A stretch of 64,000 nt of DNA from NCBI GenBank assembly GCA_964597505.1, contig CAZQXI010000002.1:92775-156774 (forward strand). The letters run 5' to 3'. Positions within the stretch are counted from its first letter, which is position 1. Each line of letters starts with the position of its first letter. The translations under genes and the position numbers were made by a program. A model generated the notes under the pieces. The model ran no database searches. It was not told the DNA's origin and saw only the letters and a list, made by a program, of their open reading frames with translations. The stretch is from an uncultured Anaerolinea sp. (GTDB taxonomy: Bacteria > Chloroflexota > Anaerolineae > Anaerolineales > Anaerolineaceae). Below are positions 18,672 to 27,836 of this stretch, one piece after another.

Positions 18672-18887
18672 ATGAAAACATTACTTTTGGAAGTAAAAGA
18701 TATGCACTGCTCCAACTGTACCATGAAGCTTCAGGCGCTTGAAGATGACCTGCCTGGTGTGGATGCGGTGGACGCCAGCTATCACAGCCAGAAGATGAAG
18801 GTGGTTTACGATGAAGCCGATGTCACCCCTGACAAGATCATGGAAGCAGTGCGAAAATTGGGATATACACCTGAGTTAATTCAATAA
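18672..18887 (+). CDS. copZ: heavy-metal-associated (HMA) domain copper chaperone
   Basis: 71 aa, MHCSNC metal-binding motif (MxCxxC), ferredoxin-like fold pattern. Confidence 0.85.
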   Translation: MKTLLLEVKDMHCSNCTMKLQALEDDLPGVDAVDASYHSQKMKVVYDEADVTPDKIMEAVRKLGYTPELIQ

Positions 18888-18903
18888 ACGATTTTCAGAA
18901 TCC

Positions 18904-18947
18904 AAATCACCTTGAAAAGGCTTTTATTAGCCTTTTCAAGGTGATTT
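18904..18947. terminator. 18-bp perfect hairpin; bidirectional terminator between convergent genes
   Basis: aaatcaccttgaaaaggc ttttatta gccttttcaaggtgattt. Confidence 0.6.
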
Positions 18948-18975
18948 CATTTACAACATTATTTGGTAGCCTTTT

Positions 18976-19482
18976 TTATATCTTTCTTGAATCGTAAGCC
19001 CAGTGCAGCAGCGCCTGCCGCTGTTTTCTGCGGCAGTTTAAATTCCCTGGCGGACAGTTTTTTCTTATCTGTGCAATGTGGCGGGTCATGGCCTTCCAGC
19101 GTTTGATCTGGCGCGCATCATCCTCTCCACGACGGCCCATGTAGTAACGGCAGTACCACTGAAACCATCCGCGCGGATCATCAGGATGGATCCAGCCTTT
19201 CTCGCGCCAATAGCTCAAGGGTTTTGAGGCGTTGATGCCGAAGAAATTCAGGTCAGGGTCGTGCCGTTCAGAGTTGAGGCGCGCATGTTCAAACCACTCA
19301 GCCGGGAATTCCTCCACGCAGTCAGTCATGTACTTGCCGCCAAAAACCCCCAGTTCCAGTAGTTCACCGGGGGTCAATTCAGGTTTAAATTCAGGGTCAA
19401 AATTCTCGCCAACCGGCTCGGTGAGCCAATAGACGTAACCTTGCTGCATGCGGTCGTTGACCGTAACCTTGCGAGGTTCCAT
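18976..19482 (-). CDS. hypothetical protein, Trp/Tyr/Arg-rich (GWFQWYCRYYMGRRGEDD), no family recognised
   Basis: 168 aa ORF, 4 nt downstream of preceding gene stop (operon partner). Confidence 0.55.
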   Translation of the reverse strand: MEPRKVTVNDRMQQGYVYWLTEPVGENFDPEFKPELTPGELLELGVFGGKYMTDCVEEFPAEWFEHARLNSERHDPDLNFFGINASKPLSYWREKGWIHPDDPRGWFQWYCRYYMGRRGEDDARQIKRWKAMTRHIAQIRKNCPPGNLNCRRKQRQALLHWAYDSRKI

Positions 19483-19486
19483 GTTT

Positions 19487-20509
19487 TTATGGCGTGGCAG
19501 TTGGTTCTTCCGTGGCGGTGGCTTCTGTTGTGCCAGTAGCCGAGGGTGTTTCAGTAGGTGGAAGCACCACCGGGGTCACGGCTTGTTGGGGTACATTGGG
19601 CAAACCATCCACCAGGTAACGCCAGGCGGTATCCACATCATTCGCGGCCACCACCGGATAGGAGGGCAGTTTCTCGATGGCCATATCCAGGCGTTCGATC
19701 ACAATTTTCAATGCGCCCATCTGGTCAGCGGGGAGTTTTTCAAGCAGTGTGTAAAGCAGGTTGCGCGCACTGATCAGGTCGTCTTTGGCAAGGCCGAAGT
19801 TACTTTCTGAGAGATATAGTCGGCTGCGCGACACCAGTTCAATGCCACGGGTTAAGGTAAGTTGGTTGGTTAGTTCAGCCAAAACCTCGGTTTTATGAAT
19901 GGTAAAGTTGTTATCCAACAATTTCTGCATGTTTTCAAGCTGTGCCAGTGAGGTGTCGTGGGCAGCCAGGCTTTGATCCACACTGTCAGCGCGCGCTTCA
20001 AGGGTGGCGGCGCGGGTTTGCAAAGTAGCAATCTCGCCTTCCAGGCGGGCGATCTCAGCTTTTTGTTGGTCCGCCAGGTCGGTGATGCTGGCGGCATTGT
20101 TTTCAACTGGTTTGATGTATCGGTCATACACAAACGGGATGCCCCATTTGATCACGGCAAAAACGGCTCCGGCCAGCAGGATGAGCACCACGATCCAGGT
20201 GATCACGCGGCGGAGGGTGTTCTTACGGGTGAGTTTTTCCACTTCGTTGCCGACGGCTTCGGCAATTTCTTCAGAGGAGGCTGCTTCAGCTTCCTTCAGT
20301 TTTTCTGCATTTTCGGCTTCTGCTTTCTTGCTGAAATCTTCCATCAAGGTGGACAGACGTTTTTCAGTTATTCCTTTTACTGCCGAGAAATCATCAAGGG
20401 TGGCAAAGGGACGGGTCGCAGCGATCTTTTCGGCAAGTGCGGGGGTCAATCCGGGCAGGGTCTTAAGTTCTTCGGCATCAACACTGTTTATATATTCGAG
20501 AAATTCCAT
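19487..20509 (-). CDS. membrane-anchored coiled-coil protein with N-terminal ComEA-like helix-hairpin-helix domain and Pro/Thr-rich tail
   Basis: LPGLTPALAEKIAATRPF...VKGITEKRL (HhH), one TM (ITWIVVLILLAGAVFAVI), long heptad-rich region, C-terminal PTETPSATGTTEATATEEPTATP. Confidence 0.6.
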   Translation of the reverse strand: MEFLEYINSVDAEELKTLPGLTPALAEKIAATRPFATLDDFSAVKGITEKRLSTLMEDFSKKAEAENAEKLKEAEAASSEEIAEAVGNEVEKLTRKNTLRRVITWIVVLILLAGAVFAVIKWGIPFVYDRYIKPVENNAASITDLADQQKAEIARLEGEIATLQTRAATLEARADSVDQSLAAHDTSLAQLENMQKLLDNNFTIHKTEVLAELTNQLTLTRGIELVSRSRLYLSESNFGLAKDDLISARNLLYTLLEKLPADQMGALKIVIERLDMAIEKLPSYPVVAANDVDTAWRYLVDGLPNVPQQAVTPVVLPPTETPSATGTTEATATEEPTATP

Positions 20510-20682
20510 TGTGAGTCCTGTCTTTGTGGAGAATAATTTGCTTTAAAAATACAGATAATCCACAATCATCCAAATGCAATTATCATGCCTAAAAGCTGTT
20601 TCTATTATACAAGCTCAAACATCCCTTTTTAATTAAATCAGCCCCTGACGTTTTTGTCAGAGGCTGTGGTTAGAAAATGTAA

Positions 20683-21390
20683 CTATTCTTCAGTTATTAC
20701 AACGGATTGGATTTTATCCCCTTCAAAGGTGGGATTGGTGTCAGGGTCGCGGCGGGTGATGTTGTATACCACGCCCATGCCTTCGGTAACCTGTCCGAAG
20801 ATGGTGTAACCGCCATCCAGATAATTGGCGGGGCCAAAGGTAATGAAGAACTGGCTGCCATTGGTGGCCGTCTGCGGGCCGGAATTTGCCATGGCCAGAA
20901 CACCTTCTTTATCAAAGGTGTAGCCGCTGTCTTCGTACTCAAACTGATATCCCGGGTTGCCCATACCGGTTCCGGTGGGGTCACCGCCCTGGGCCATGAA
21001 GTTCTCAAGCACACGGTGGAATGTGGTGCCGTCGTAATATCCCTGGCGGGCGAGAAAAACGAAGCTGTTGACCGTAATCGGAGCTTTGTCTGCAAATAGT
21101 TCAACAGTAAAGGTACCGCCTTTTTCTAGCGTGAAGGTGGCGGAATATTTTTTGCTGGTGTCAATCAGCATAGGCGGTGCTGAAGAATATTTTTTATCGC
21201 CAACCAATTGTGGTGTGGCCATGGGTTCTGCGCTTTCGGGTTGGGCTGACGCTTCAGCTTGCAGTTCGTGCTTTGAATTTTGGGTCATGAAAATGATCAA
21301 GACAACTGCCAGCACGGCCAGAACGATGATGACAATCGGGTAAAACACATTTTTCAGGTTCTTGGTCTTTTCAACTTGTTTTTTCGCCAT
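20683..21390 (-). CDS. peptidyl-prolyl cis-trans isomerase, cyclophilin type, N-terminal membrane anchor
   Basis: FHRVLENFMAQGGDP...GYTIFGQV; TM helix after MAKKQVEK. Confidence 0.9.
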   Translation of the reverse strand: MAKKQVEKTKNLKNVFYPIVIIVLAVLAVVLIIFMTQNSKHELQAEASAQPESAEPMATPQLVGDKKYSSAPPMLIDTSKKYSATFTLEKGGTFTVELFADKAPITVNSFVFLARQGYYDGTTFHRVLENFMAQGGDPTGTGMGNPGYQFEYEDSGYTFDKEGVLAMANSGPQTATNGSQFFITFGPANYLDGGYTIFGQVTEGMGVVYNITRRDPDTNPTFEGDKIQSVVITEE

Positions 21391-21544
21391 GGATTCCTCT
21401 TCTGGTGATAAATTTTTATATCTGTAGATTATAGAGCCTGTATGAAGAAAGGTAAATGCCATTGTATGCAGAATTATGGAGATTGCACTGGCTGATCTAT
21501 TCTTCTATACTTAGACAAACAACCATTTTCCATAAGGAGTTGGA

Positions 21545-22249
21545 ATGAGCGACTTAACTGCAGGATTAATCGTTGTTTGTGTTACCGGTCTGATCATCGG
21601 ATTAATATTTGTACTGGTCGCCGCTCAAAACAAGAAACGCGAAACAGGCTTACGCAACCTGGCCAGCTTAAACGGCTGGAGCTATGAATCCGTTGAGGAT
21701 AAAACCTCCTCCGGCTGGCGCCTGCGAAAAGGCGAGTGGACAATCGAATCGCTGAACCAAACCACCAAAAGCTCATCGGATAATTCCAACTCGAGCACGG
21801 TTAACAGCATGACCCGCTGGTTCAGCGATGCAGTACGCATGTCGGATGGCATTGTGCTTATCGGTCCGCATCAACCAGAGATCAATTTTGGCGGTTTGGG
21901 GGATATGGTGAAGATGGTAGCCTTGCGCCTGATGATCGGAAGTGAGTTCGACAGCGCCATCGGCATCGAACGGGTGGAACTCGGTAGTCTTGAGTTGATG
22001 GCGAAATACATGGTGTGGACGAATCGCGAAGAAACAGCCAAGCTGTTTCTCGATCAACAGCTTGAAAATGAATTGCGAGCCTGGCCGATGAAATTGCCGC
22101 CTGTTGTCAAATTTTCTCCTGCTGGACTCGAAATCAAAATGCAGGGGATGCGTTTGTCTAAAGAACAGGATATTTATGCCCTGGTCAAACTGGGCGGCTC
22201 CGCTTTGGATTCTGCTTTTGCGATCCAAAAAGGGAGCAAGCAGAGTTAA
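21545..22249 (+). CDS. hypothetical protein with N-terminal TM anchor
   Basis: 234 aa ORF, coding-like composition, no family recognised. Confidence 0.45.
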   Translation: MSDLTAGLIVVCVTGLIIGLIFVLVAAQNKKRETGLRNLASLNGWSYESVEDKTSSGWRLRKGEWTIESLNQTTKSSSDNSNSSTVNSMTRWFSDAVRMSDGIVLIGPHQPEINFGGLGDMVKMVALRLMIGSEFDSAIGIERVELGSLELMAKYMVWTNREETAKLFLDQQLENELRAWPMKLPPVVKFSPAGLEIKMQGMRLSKEQDIYALVKLGGSALDSAFAIQKGSKQS

Positions 22250-22683
22250 CTTTTTTGGTTTTCCTGGAACCGTTCGAGCGGAGTATTTCCATCCGCGCCT
22301 TTGAGGATGAGGCTGGCGGGGTCGAAGCGTGCAGAGGCGGTGATCAAAGCGGTTACTTCATCCCATGGCACGTCGTTAAAGGCACCCAACAAGGCTTGTT
22401 TTTTGTAGAGATTGTTGCCGTGTAAAAGATGCGCCGGGTCGGGCAAGAACGCGCCGTGGATGAACTCCAGGCTAAGGTAGTCTTGCTTGAAGATGATTTG
22501 ACAAATGCCAGCCTTGACGGGTCCGCCGCGGTTGGCATCATAATAGGCAATTCCGTTGCGATCCAGCCGCTCGACGGCCTCGGGGCACAACCTTTCAACT
22601 ATATCCCGGATCTCCATGACAATATCCAGCATGTCTTCAGGCAGGTGCTTGAGGTGCGCTTCGAGCGTGGCCAGCGGGATCAT
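22246..22683 (-). CDS. DUF1801 (YdhG-like) domain protein (tentative)
   Basis: 145 aa; weak resemblance; 4-nt overlap with next gene indicates an operon. Confidence 0.4.
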   Translation of the reverse strand: MIPLATLEAHLKHLPEDMLDIVMEIRDIVERLCPEAVERLDRNGIAYYDANRGGPVKAGICQIIFKQDYLSLEFIHGAFLPDPAHLLHGNNLYKKQALLGAFNDVPWDEVTALITASARFDPASLILKGADGNTPLERFQENQKS

Positions 22684-23276
22684 TTTTCATCCAGCTTGAG
22701 CAAGGCGGGCAGCGAAGCCCCCCAGGCGCGGATATCCGGCCAGTTGCGTTTTTCACCCGGTTTTGCGCCCACCACCAGCATGACGAATATGGCATCGTAC
22801 CATTTTAAGCGGTACATATCCAACCGGCCGCCGAAAAAAGCAAGCGCTTTCAGGCTGGCAGGAGCTGACTTAAGGACGGGTGTCAAATAATGCTTCAAGG
22901 TGGTAAAGCTTTCTTTGTGGTTATAACGGCCGGGTTTTTGCGGTGGAACGATCAATTTGGGGTCCAGATGTAATTCCACGCCTGGCATTTCGGGTTTGGG
23001 CGATTCGGTCAGGCTCATGCCGGTGAGAAACAAAGCCAGAGGTTTGGAGGCTAATTCCGCTTTGTGAGTCTTGAGATATTTCAACGCATTGCGGTGCCAG
23101 CCGATGATCATGGGAGCGCCAAGAACGACGGCATCGAATTCACGGGAGTCTTTTACTTCTGAAAGTTCTAATACTTGTGCTTCAATGCTTGTTTTGGTGA
23201 TCTCTTCAGCAATGGCTTCAGCAACGTCGCGGGTGGTGCCTGAATGGGTGATGTAGGTGACTAAAACTTTTTTCAT
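22680..23276 (-). CDS. flavodoxin-like fold protein
   Basis: MKKVLVTYITHSGTTRDVAE...FDAVVLGAPMIIG flavodoxin signature. Confidence 0.8.
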   Translation of the reverse strand: MKKVLVTYITHSGTTRDVAEAIAEEITKTSIEAQVLELSEVKDSREFDAVVLGAPMIIGWHRNALKYLKTHKAELASKPLALFLTGMSLTESPKPEMPGVELHLDPKLIVPPQKPGRYNHKESFTTLKHYLTPVLKSAPASLKALAFFGGRLDMYRLKWYDAIFVMLVVGAKPGEKRNWPDIRAWGASLPALLKLDEK

Positions 23277-23295
23277 ATGTTCCTCAAAATAAAAA

Positions 23296-23565
23296 TTATG
23301 CCAATGAACGGTGCAGGATCTCTTTTTCTGCAGTTTTGATGTCTTTCATGAGCTGCGCGGCTTCGCTCTTTAGTTCCGTGGAGGGACCCGAGGTCATGGG
23401 AATGAACTTGATCAGGTCATTAGCCTGACGCAGTACATCTTTGACCTGTGCGGCGTATGAAAAATCCATCCACCCGCCCTCTTCAGGCGGCTGAATTTCA
23501 CGCGCCTTCTCAACCAGTTTTCTTGCCTTTTCAATTCGTTCTTCGGTGGGAATGACTTTGCTCAT
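23296..23565 (-). CDS. small hypothetical protein (89 aa)
   Basis: ORF with charged helical composition. Confidence 0.4.
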   Translation of the reverse strand: MSKVIPTEERIEKARKLVEKAREIQPPEEGGWMDFSYAAQVKDVLRQANDLIKFIPMTSGPSTELKSEAAQLMKDIKTAEKEILHRSLA

Positions 23566-23609
23566 TTTTCCTCACGGGATAATATACGCAGCCCTTTTAA
23601 GAAGGTTGC

Positions 23610-24131
23610 TTAATGAATAAGTTCGTTGCGCACGATCTCAAGGACGCGGGTTTCGCGCTCGACCCATAGTTCGATTTGGTTACCGGATTTCAACAGGTCT
23701 TGGTTGTGCTTAATGGCGGTGTCAATGTTCACCCATACCGGCACAAAACCCAGCCTGGCTTCATATTCATCCAACTGCTGCGGACCAAGAGCGTCGTCAA
23801 TCTCGCACACGTAATAATAAGAAGTCATACAGAAGGAGGTGAATTCCTTCTCGGCCGGGAAGTCATATTCGTGCACCTTGCCGAAGGGTTGCGGAGTGCC
23901 GATGACACTCCCGCCGCTTTCTTCAGCCACTTCGCGGATCAAGGCGGATTCCTGGTCTTCATCTTCTTTTATTCCACCGCCGGGGAACTTGTAATCTCCG
24001 TTGACTTTGGAATGCACCATCAGCAGTTCCCGTCCGCGCAGGATTATGGCTCTCACTGCCTCGCGGCAGATGGTCTTGCCCTCACGGGGCACGTTGGGAT
24101 GACGGTCAATATCAGCCAGGGTTCGCATCAT
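23610..24131 (-). CDS. NUDIX hydrolase
   Basis: Nudix box GGGIKEDEDQESALIREVAEESGG. Confidence 0.85.
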   Translation of the reverse strand: MMRTLADIDRHPNVPREGKTICREAVRAIILRGRELLMVHSKVNGDYKFPGGGIKEDEDQESALIREVAEESGGSVIGTPQPFGKVHEYDFPAEKEFTSFCMTSYYYVCEIDDALGPQQLDEYEARLGFVPVWVNIDTAIKHNQDLLKSGNQIELWVERETRVLEIVRNELIH

Positions 24132-24244
24132 TATTTACCATTATTAATCGTTTAGGATCTTAAAAGTTGATTTTGTTAATTACTATTATAACCATGTAAA
24201 CCTTGTTCGTCTGGATAATATCCGTTGGATAAAATTCGTCTGCA

Positions 24245-25093
24245 TTATAAGGTAATCAAAACGATGGCAGCCAGGCAGATCACGACCCCCACCCATTGTT
24301 TGAGTGAAATGCGCTCCTTGAGGATCAACCCGGTGAGGATGACCGTGGCGGCAGGGTAGAGTGACGAAAGCACCACGGCGGTATCCAGGCGGGTGAAATG
24401 CTTGGCCAGCATGAAGAAGATGTTCCCGCCCGCATCCAATGCGCCGGCAAGCAGCCCAATCCCATTGCCGTGTAAAGAGGGGAAGGACGTTTTGTTGAAG
24501 CTGAGCATGACGACTGCGGCAATCATGACCATCGAACGCGAGATGATCAGGGGAGTAAAAACCTTGACTGAATCCACCCGCGACATGCAGATCATGAAAC
24601 CGGCAAAACCGAGTCCGCCGATCACTGCCAGGATAAAGCCTTTGCGATGTTCCCCCGTTTTTTCGGTGGAAGTTTGCGAGACCACCCTGATGCCCACAAA
24701 AGCCAGCACAAAACCGATGAGCCGCAGCGGATCGGGCAGCCCTTGGGTAAGAAAACCAAAGGCCACCGGCAGCCCCGCTCCGATCACTGCAGAAGTCGGC
24801 GCTACCACCGCGGATTCACCAATGGAAAGCGCTTTATACAGGCAGGCGAGCCCGACTGCCCCTGTCAGTCCTGCTGCCGCGGCCCAGAAAATGCCGTCCC
24901 ATGTTGGAAAGCTTTCGCGAAAAACCAGCGCGGCAATCACCAGAATAGCCAGACCCGAGAGCGCAGAAAGCGCCAGTACCTGATATTGGTCGCGGCGCCG
25001 GGTGGCCATGCCGCCGGTGAAATCAGCACTGCCCCAGACCAGGGCTGAGATGAAGGCCATTGTGATCCCTAACAGGTTTGTCGCGGGCAGCAT
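24245..25093 (-). CDS. EamA/DMT family transporter
   Basis: 282 aa, 10 TM, two EamA halves. Confidence 0.85.
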   Translation of the reverse strand: MLPATNLLGITMAFISALVWGSADFTGGMATRRRDQYQVLALSALSGLAILVIAALVFRESFPTWDGIFWAAAAGLTGAVGLACLYKALSIGESAVVAPTSAVIGAGLPVAFGFLTQGLPDPLRLIGFVLAFVGIRVVSQTSTEKTGEHRKGFILAVIGGLGFAGFMICMSRVDSVKVFTPLIISRSMVMIAAVVMLSFNKTSFPSLHGNGIGLLAGALDAGGNIFFMLAKHFTRLDTAVVLSSLYPAATVILTGLILKERISLKQWVGVVICLAAIVLITL

Positions 25094-25178
25094 TTTTCTG
25101 GTTTCCTTGAAAATTCAAAAAGTATTTCTTGGCGTTCTTTGCGTGTTTTTTCTTTGCGCTCTTTGCGAGAGCAAGGTT

Positions 25179-25829
25179 TTAATTGAGATATTGGTAGAGC
25201 ATGGTCTTGACTTCCAGCCTGAAAAGTTCGCCAGCGTCTTTAATGTAAGGCGGAAACCGCTGCCCGATCTCGTTGAGGATCAGCCCGTGCAGGCGGCTCC
25301 ACATGATGAACGCCAGGTAGAGTACGTACTCATTTTCCACCCCAAATTTCGCTTTCCATTCATTGAGCAGACCGCTCAAGCCGGGGGGCAGTACCAGTTT
25401 TTCTTCCTTCTTCAACCGGCCGCCCGAATCTGCCTTGTTGAGGATGCCGATCAGCGCCGTCAGGGTGGCGGAGACATCGACCACGGGGGACTCTGCCAGG
25501 AGCAGGTAGCGCTGTGGATTCTCAACAGCCCAGCGCCGGTAAGCCTGGCAGACCACCCGGAGCTGCACATCCGCGTCGTCTTCTAGGTGGGGAGAGTGGG
25601 CGTCGGTGAGGTAGTGTCCCAGGTTGGCATCCGCGTCTGAAGCCAGGGCGGCCAGCAGTTCTTCGCGGCTTGTAAAGTAGTTGTAAATGGCGGGTGCGGT
25701 GATGTTGAGGGCGCGGGCGATGGCGCGCAGGGCCACGGCTTCCACCCCTTGTTCGGTGATCAACTTCCAGGCTTCGGCTTTTACAGCTGCGCCCAGATCG
25801 TAAGGTTCAGTGCGGATGGGTCTTCCCAT
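25179..25829 (-). CDS. TetR/AcrR family transcriptional regulator
   Basis: N-terminal HTH LRAIARALNITAPAIYNYFTSREELL. Confidence 0.85.
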   Translation of the reverse strand: MGRPIRTEPYDLGAAVKAEAWKLITEQGVEAVALRAIARALNITAPAIYNYFTSREELLAALASDADANLGHYLTDAHSPHLEDDADVQLRVVCQAYRRWAVENPQRYLLLAESPVVDVSATLTALIGILNKADSGGRLKKEEKLVLPPGLSGLLNEWKAKFGVENEYVLYLAFIMWSRLHGLILNEIGQRFPPYIKDAGELFRLEVKTMLYQYLN

Positions 25830-25878
25830 GCTTACCTCCTGAATAATCCCCTGTAAATATACACCGTATAATTAAGCC

Positions 25879-25904
25879 TGTCAAATAATTGTGTCAAATG
25901 ACAC
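25879..25904. promoter_or_regulatory. candidate TetR operator: 14-bp palindrome GTGTCAAATGACAC plus direct repeat tgtcaaat x2
   Basis: Seen in divergent intergenic region between TetR (25179-25829) and the acetate kinase gene. Confidence 0.4.
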
Positions 25905-25966
25905 GCACACCTTTGGGTTAACTAAGATACAATGAAAGTGCAACAGCATTCAAGAAAGGCTCCCCA

Positions 25967-27160
25967 ATGAACATACTTATATTTAATTGCGGATCTTCCT
26001 CGCAAAGTGCGAGGCTTTATCAGGTTAATAACAATCTTGCCGAACCGGTGGCGATTGCCAACTTTAAGGCTACCGCCGTGGACACACCCTCCAGCGCCGG
26101 GCCGAAGCTCACCTGGCAGGTCAATGAAAAGAACGGTGTTAATAAAGCCTCAAGCATCACCCATAAACAGGCGGCTAAAAAAGTCATTCAGATCCTGCAG
26201 GAAAACAAAATTAAAGTGGACGCCGTTGGCCACCGCTTTGTGCACGGCGGGGACCTTTTCACCAAGACCAGTCTGATCGATGCCAGCACGCTGGCCAACC
26301 TGCGCGCCTGCTTTCCGCTGGCGCCTATCCACAACCCCAACGCTTACGGGGTGATCGAAATGTGCCACGCCTACCTGCCGGATGCAGCCCAGTATGCCGT
26401 CTTCGATAACGCATTCCACGCCAACATGGCGGCAGAAGCCCGCACTTACGCGCTGCCGCTCGAACAGGCCGAGAAGAATGGATATCACAAGTACGGCTTT
26501 CACGGCATTTCATGCCAATATGTGTCTGCCAAAGCGGCTGAATTGCTCGAAAAACCGCTTGACCAGGTCAAGTTGATCATTTGCCACCTGGGCACTGGAG
26601 GCTCCTCCGTCACGGCGTTTTCAGAAGGCCGCACCCTCGATACCTCCATGGGTTATTCGCCGCTAGCCGGGCTGGTCATGTCCACCCGCTGCGGAGATAT
26701 TGACCCCGGCATCCTGATCGACATGATGCGCAAGGGTCAATCCGCGGACGAGATCGAGAAAACGCTCAACACCAAATCCGGGCTAATCGGGCTTTCGGGT
26801 TATTCCTCCAATTTATCCGAGGTGATCGAGAAGGCCGAGAACGGCGACAAGACCTGCCTGGCGGCCTATGAAGCCTATGTGCTGCGTCTCAGACATTACC
26901 TGGGCGCGTTCAGTTGGCTGCTCAACGGCGCGGATGCCATTGTCTTCACCGATGAGATCGGCGTCAGCTCATGGCGTCTGCGTGAGGCGGTCTGCACCGA
27001 CGCCGAAAGCCTGGGCGTCATCCTCGACCGTTCGGCCAACCGAAAAGCCGAACCCGCCGCCGTTACCTGGATCCACGACGACGAATCCGCGGTAAAGCTG
27101 CTGGTCATGCCCACCGATGAAGAACGCGTGATCTTGGATGAGGTTCTGAAGCAGAAATGA
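25967..27160 (+). CDS. ackA: acetate kinase family (acetate/propionate kinase)
   Basis: MNILIFNCGSSS... (NCGSSS ATP-binding motif), 397 aa; N-terminal region carries an atypical insertion. Confidence 0.75.
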   Translation: MNILIFNCGSSSQSARLYQVNNNLAEPVAIANFKATAVDTPSSAGPKLTWQVNEKNGVNKASSITHKQAAKKVIQILQENKIKVDAVGHRFVHGGDLFTKTSLIDASTLANLRACFPLAPIHNPNAYGVIEMCHAYLPDAAQYAVFDNAFHANMAAEARTYALPLEQAEKNGYHKYGFHGISCQYVSAKAAELLEKPLDQVKLIICHLGTGGSSVTAFSEGRTLDTSMGYSPLAGLVMSTRCGDIDPGILIDMMRKGQSADEIEKTLNTKSGLIGLSGYSSNLSEVIEKAENGDKTCLAAYEAYVLRLRHYLGAFSWLLNGADAIVFTDEIGVSSWRLREAVCTDAESLGVILDRSANRKAEPAAVTWIHDDESAVKLLVMPTDEERVILDEVLKQK

Positions 27161-27167
27161 TTATTGC

Positions 27168-27197
27168 AGGGGCAGGTTCCAAACCTGCCTTTTTTTC
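27168..27197 (+). terminator. rho-independent terminator of the acetate kinase gene
   Basis: gcaggttccaaacctgcc + TTTTTTT. Confidence 0.6.
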
Positions 27198-27205
27198 ATT
27201 CAACC

Positions 27206-27241
27206 GTAGGGGCACAGCGCGCTGTGCCCCTACTTATTTTT
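27206..27241 (+). repeat. 28-bp perfect GC palindrome GTAGGGGCACAGCGCGCTGTGCCCCTAC + T-tract (second terminator; REP-like element, copy 1)
   Basis: Seen directly; related copy at 27745-27803. Confidence 0.5.
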
Positions 27242-27360
27242 GTACCATGAATGCCGTGTCTGGGAGAATATGTCCGAATTGAATCATTGCTTACCACACC
27301 CCCGGAATCAATCTGAACTTTACCTTCTGCGCGTACTCACCAAACCCCGCAGTGCGGGTT

Positions 27361-27693
27361 TCAATCCACAATGAACAACTTTGCCCCAGTCGCGGTGGAC
27401 GATCTGTGCGCTTCGGAGCCGTCTGCCACCTGGTAGCTCATGCCCGGTGTGAGGATGAAGGTTCTGCCATCCTCCAGTTCGGTATGCAGTTCACCCTCCA
27501 GGCACAAGAGGATGTGCCCCTTGCTGCACCAATGGTCCGCAAGGTAGCCGGGGGAGTAGTCCACCATGCGCACCCGGATCTCGCCGAACTGCTGTGTGCG
27601 CCAGGTGGCAAAGCCTGCTGCACCTTGGTGTTCAACAGGTTCGATCTGCGACCAATCTGTGGTGCCAAATGGGATGTTCATAATTTTCATCAT
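27361..27693 (-). CDS. DHCW-motif cupin fold protein
   Basis: 110 aa; ...LADHWCSKGHILL... matches the DHCW cupin family signature. Confidence 0.75.
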   Translation of the reverse strand: MMKIMNIPFGTTDWSQIEPVEHQGAAGFATWRTQQFGEIRVRMVDYSPGYLADHWCSKGHILLCLEGELHTELEDGRTFILTPGMSYQVADGSEAHRSSTATGAKLFIVD

Positions 27694-27744
27694 TACCCTC
27701 TTCCGCGTAATTCACAATAAAAAAGTCAATAGTCTAATTTTGTT

Positions 27745-27803
27745 TTTGAGGGCACGGCGCGCCGCAAGCACCCGAGCATTGTTTGCGAAAGGCGTGCCCC
27801 TAC
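27745..27803. repeat. REP-like element copy 2 (GAGGGCACGGCGCGCC...GGCGTGCCCCTAC) with internal insertion
   Basis: Shares the termini ggggcac / gtgcccctac and the central GCGCGC core with 27206-27233. Confidence 0.35.
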
Positions 27804-27836
27804 AAAGAGATTTTCGATTAATTCGTTTTTTCGTGG

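Noticed and set aside
19958-20546. Two ~190-aa plus-strand ORFs antisense to the coiled-coil gene
   Set aside because: Their sequence looks non-protein-like and low-complexity and they have no RBS. The minus-strand gene has clear domain structure.
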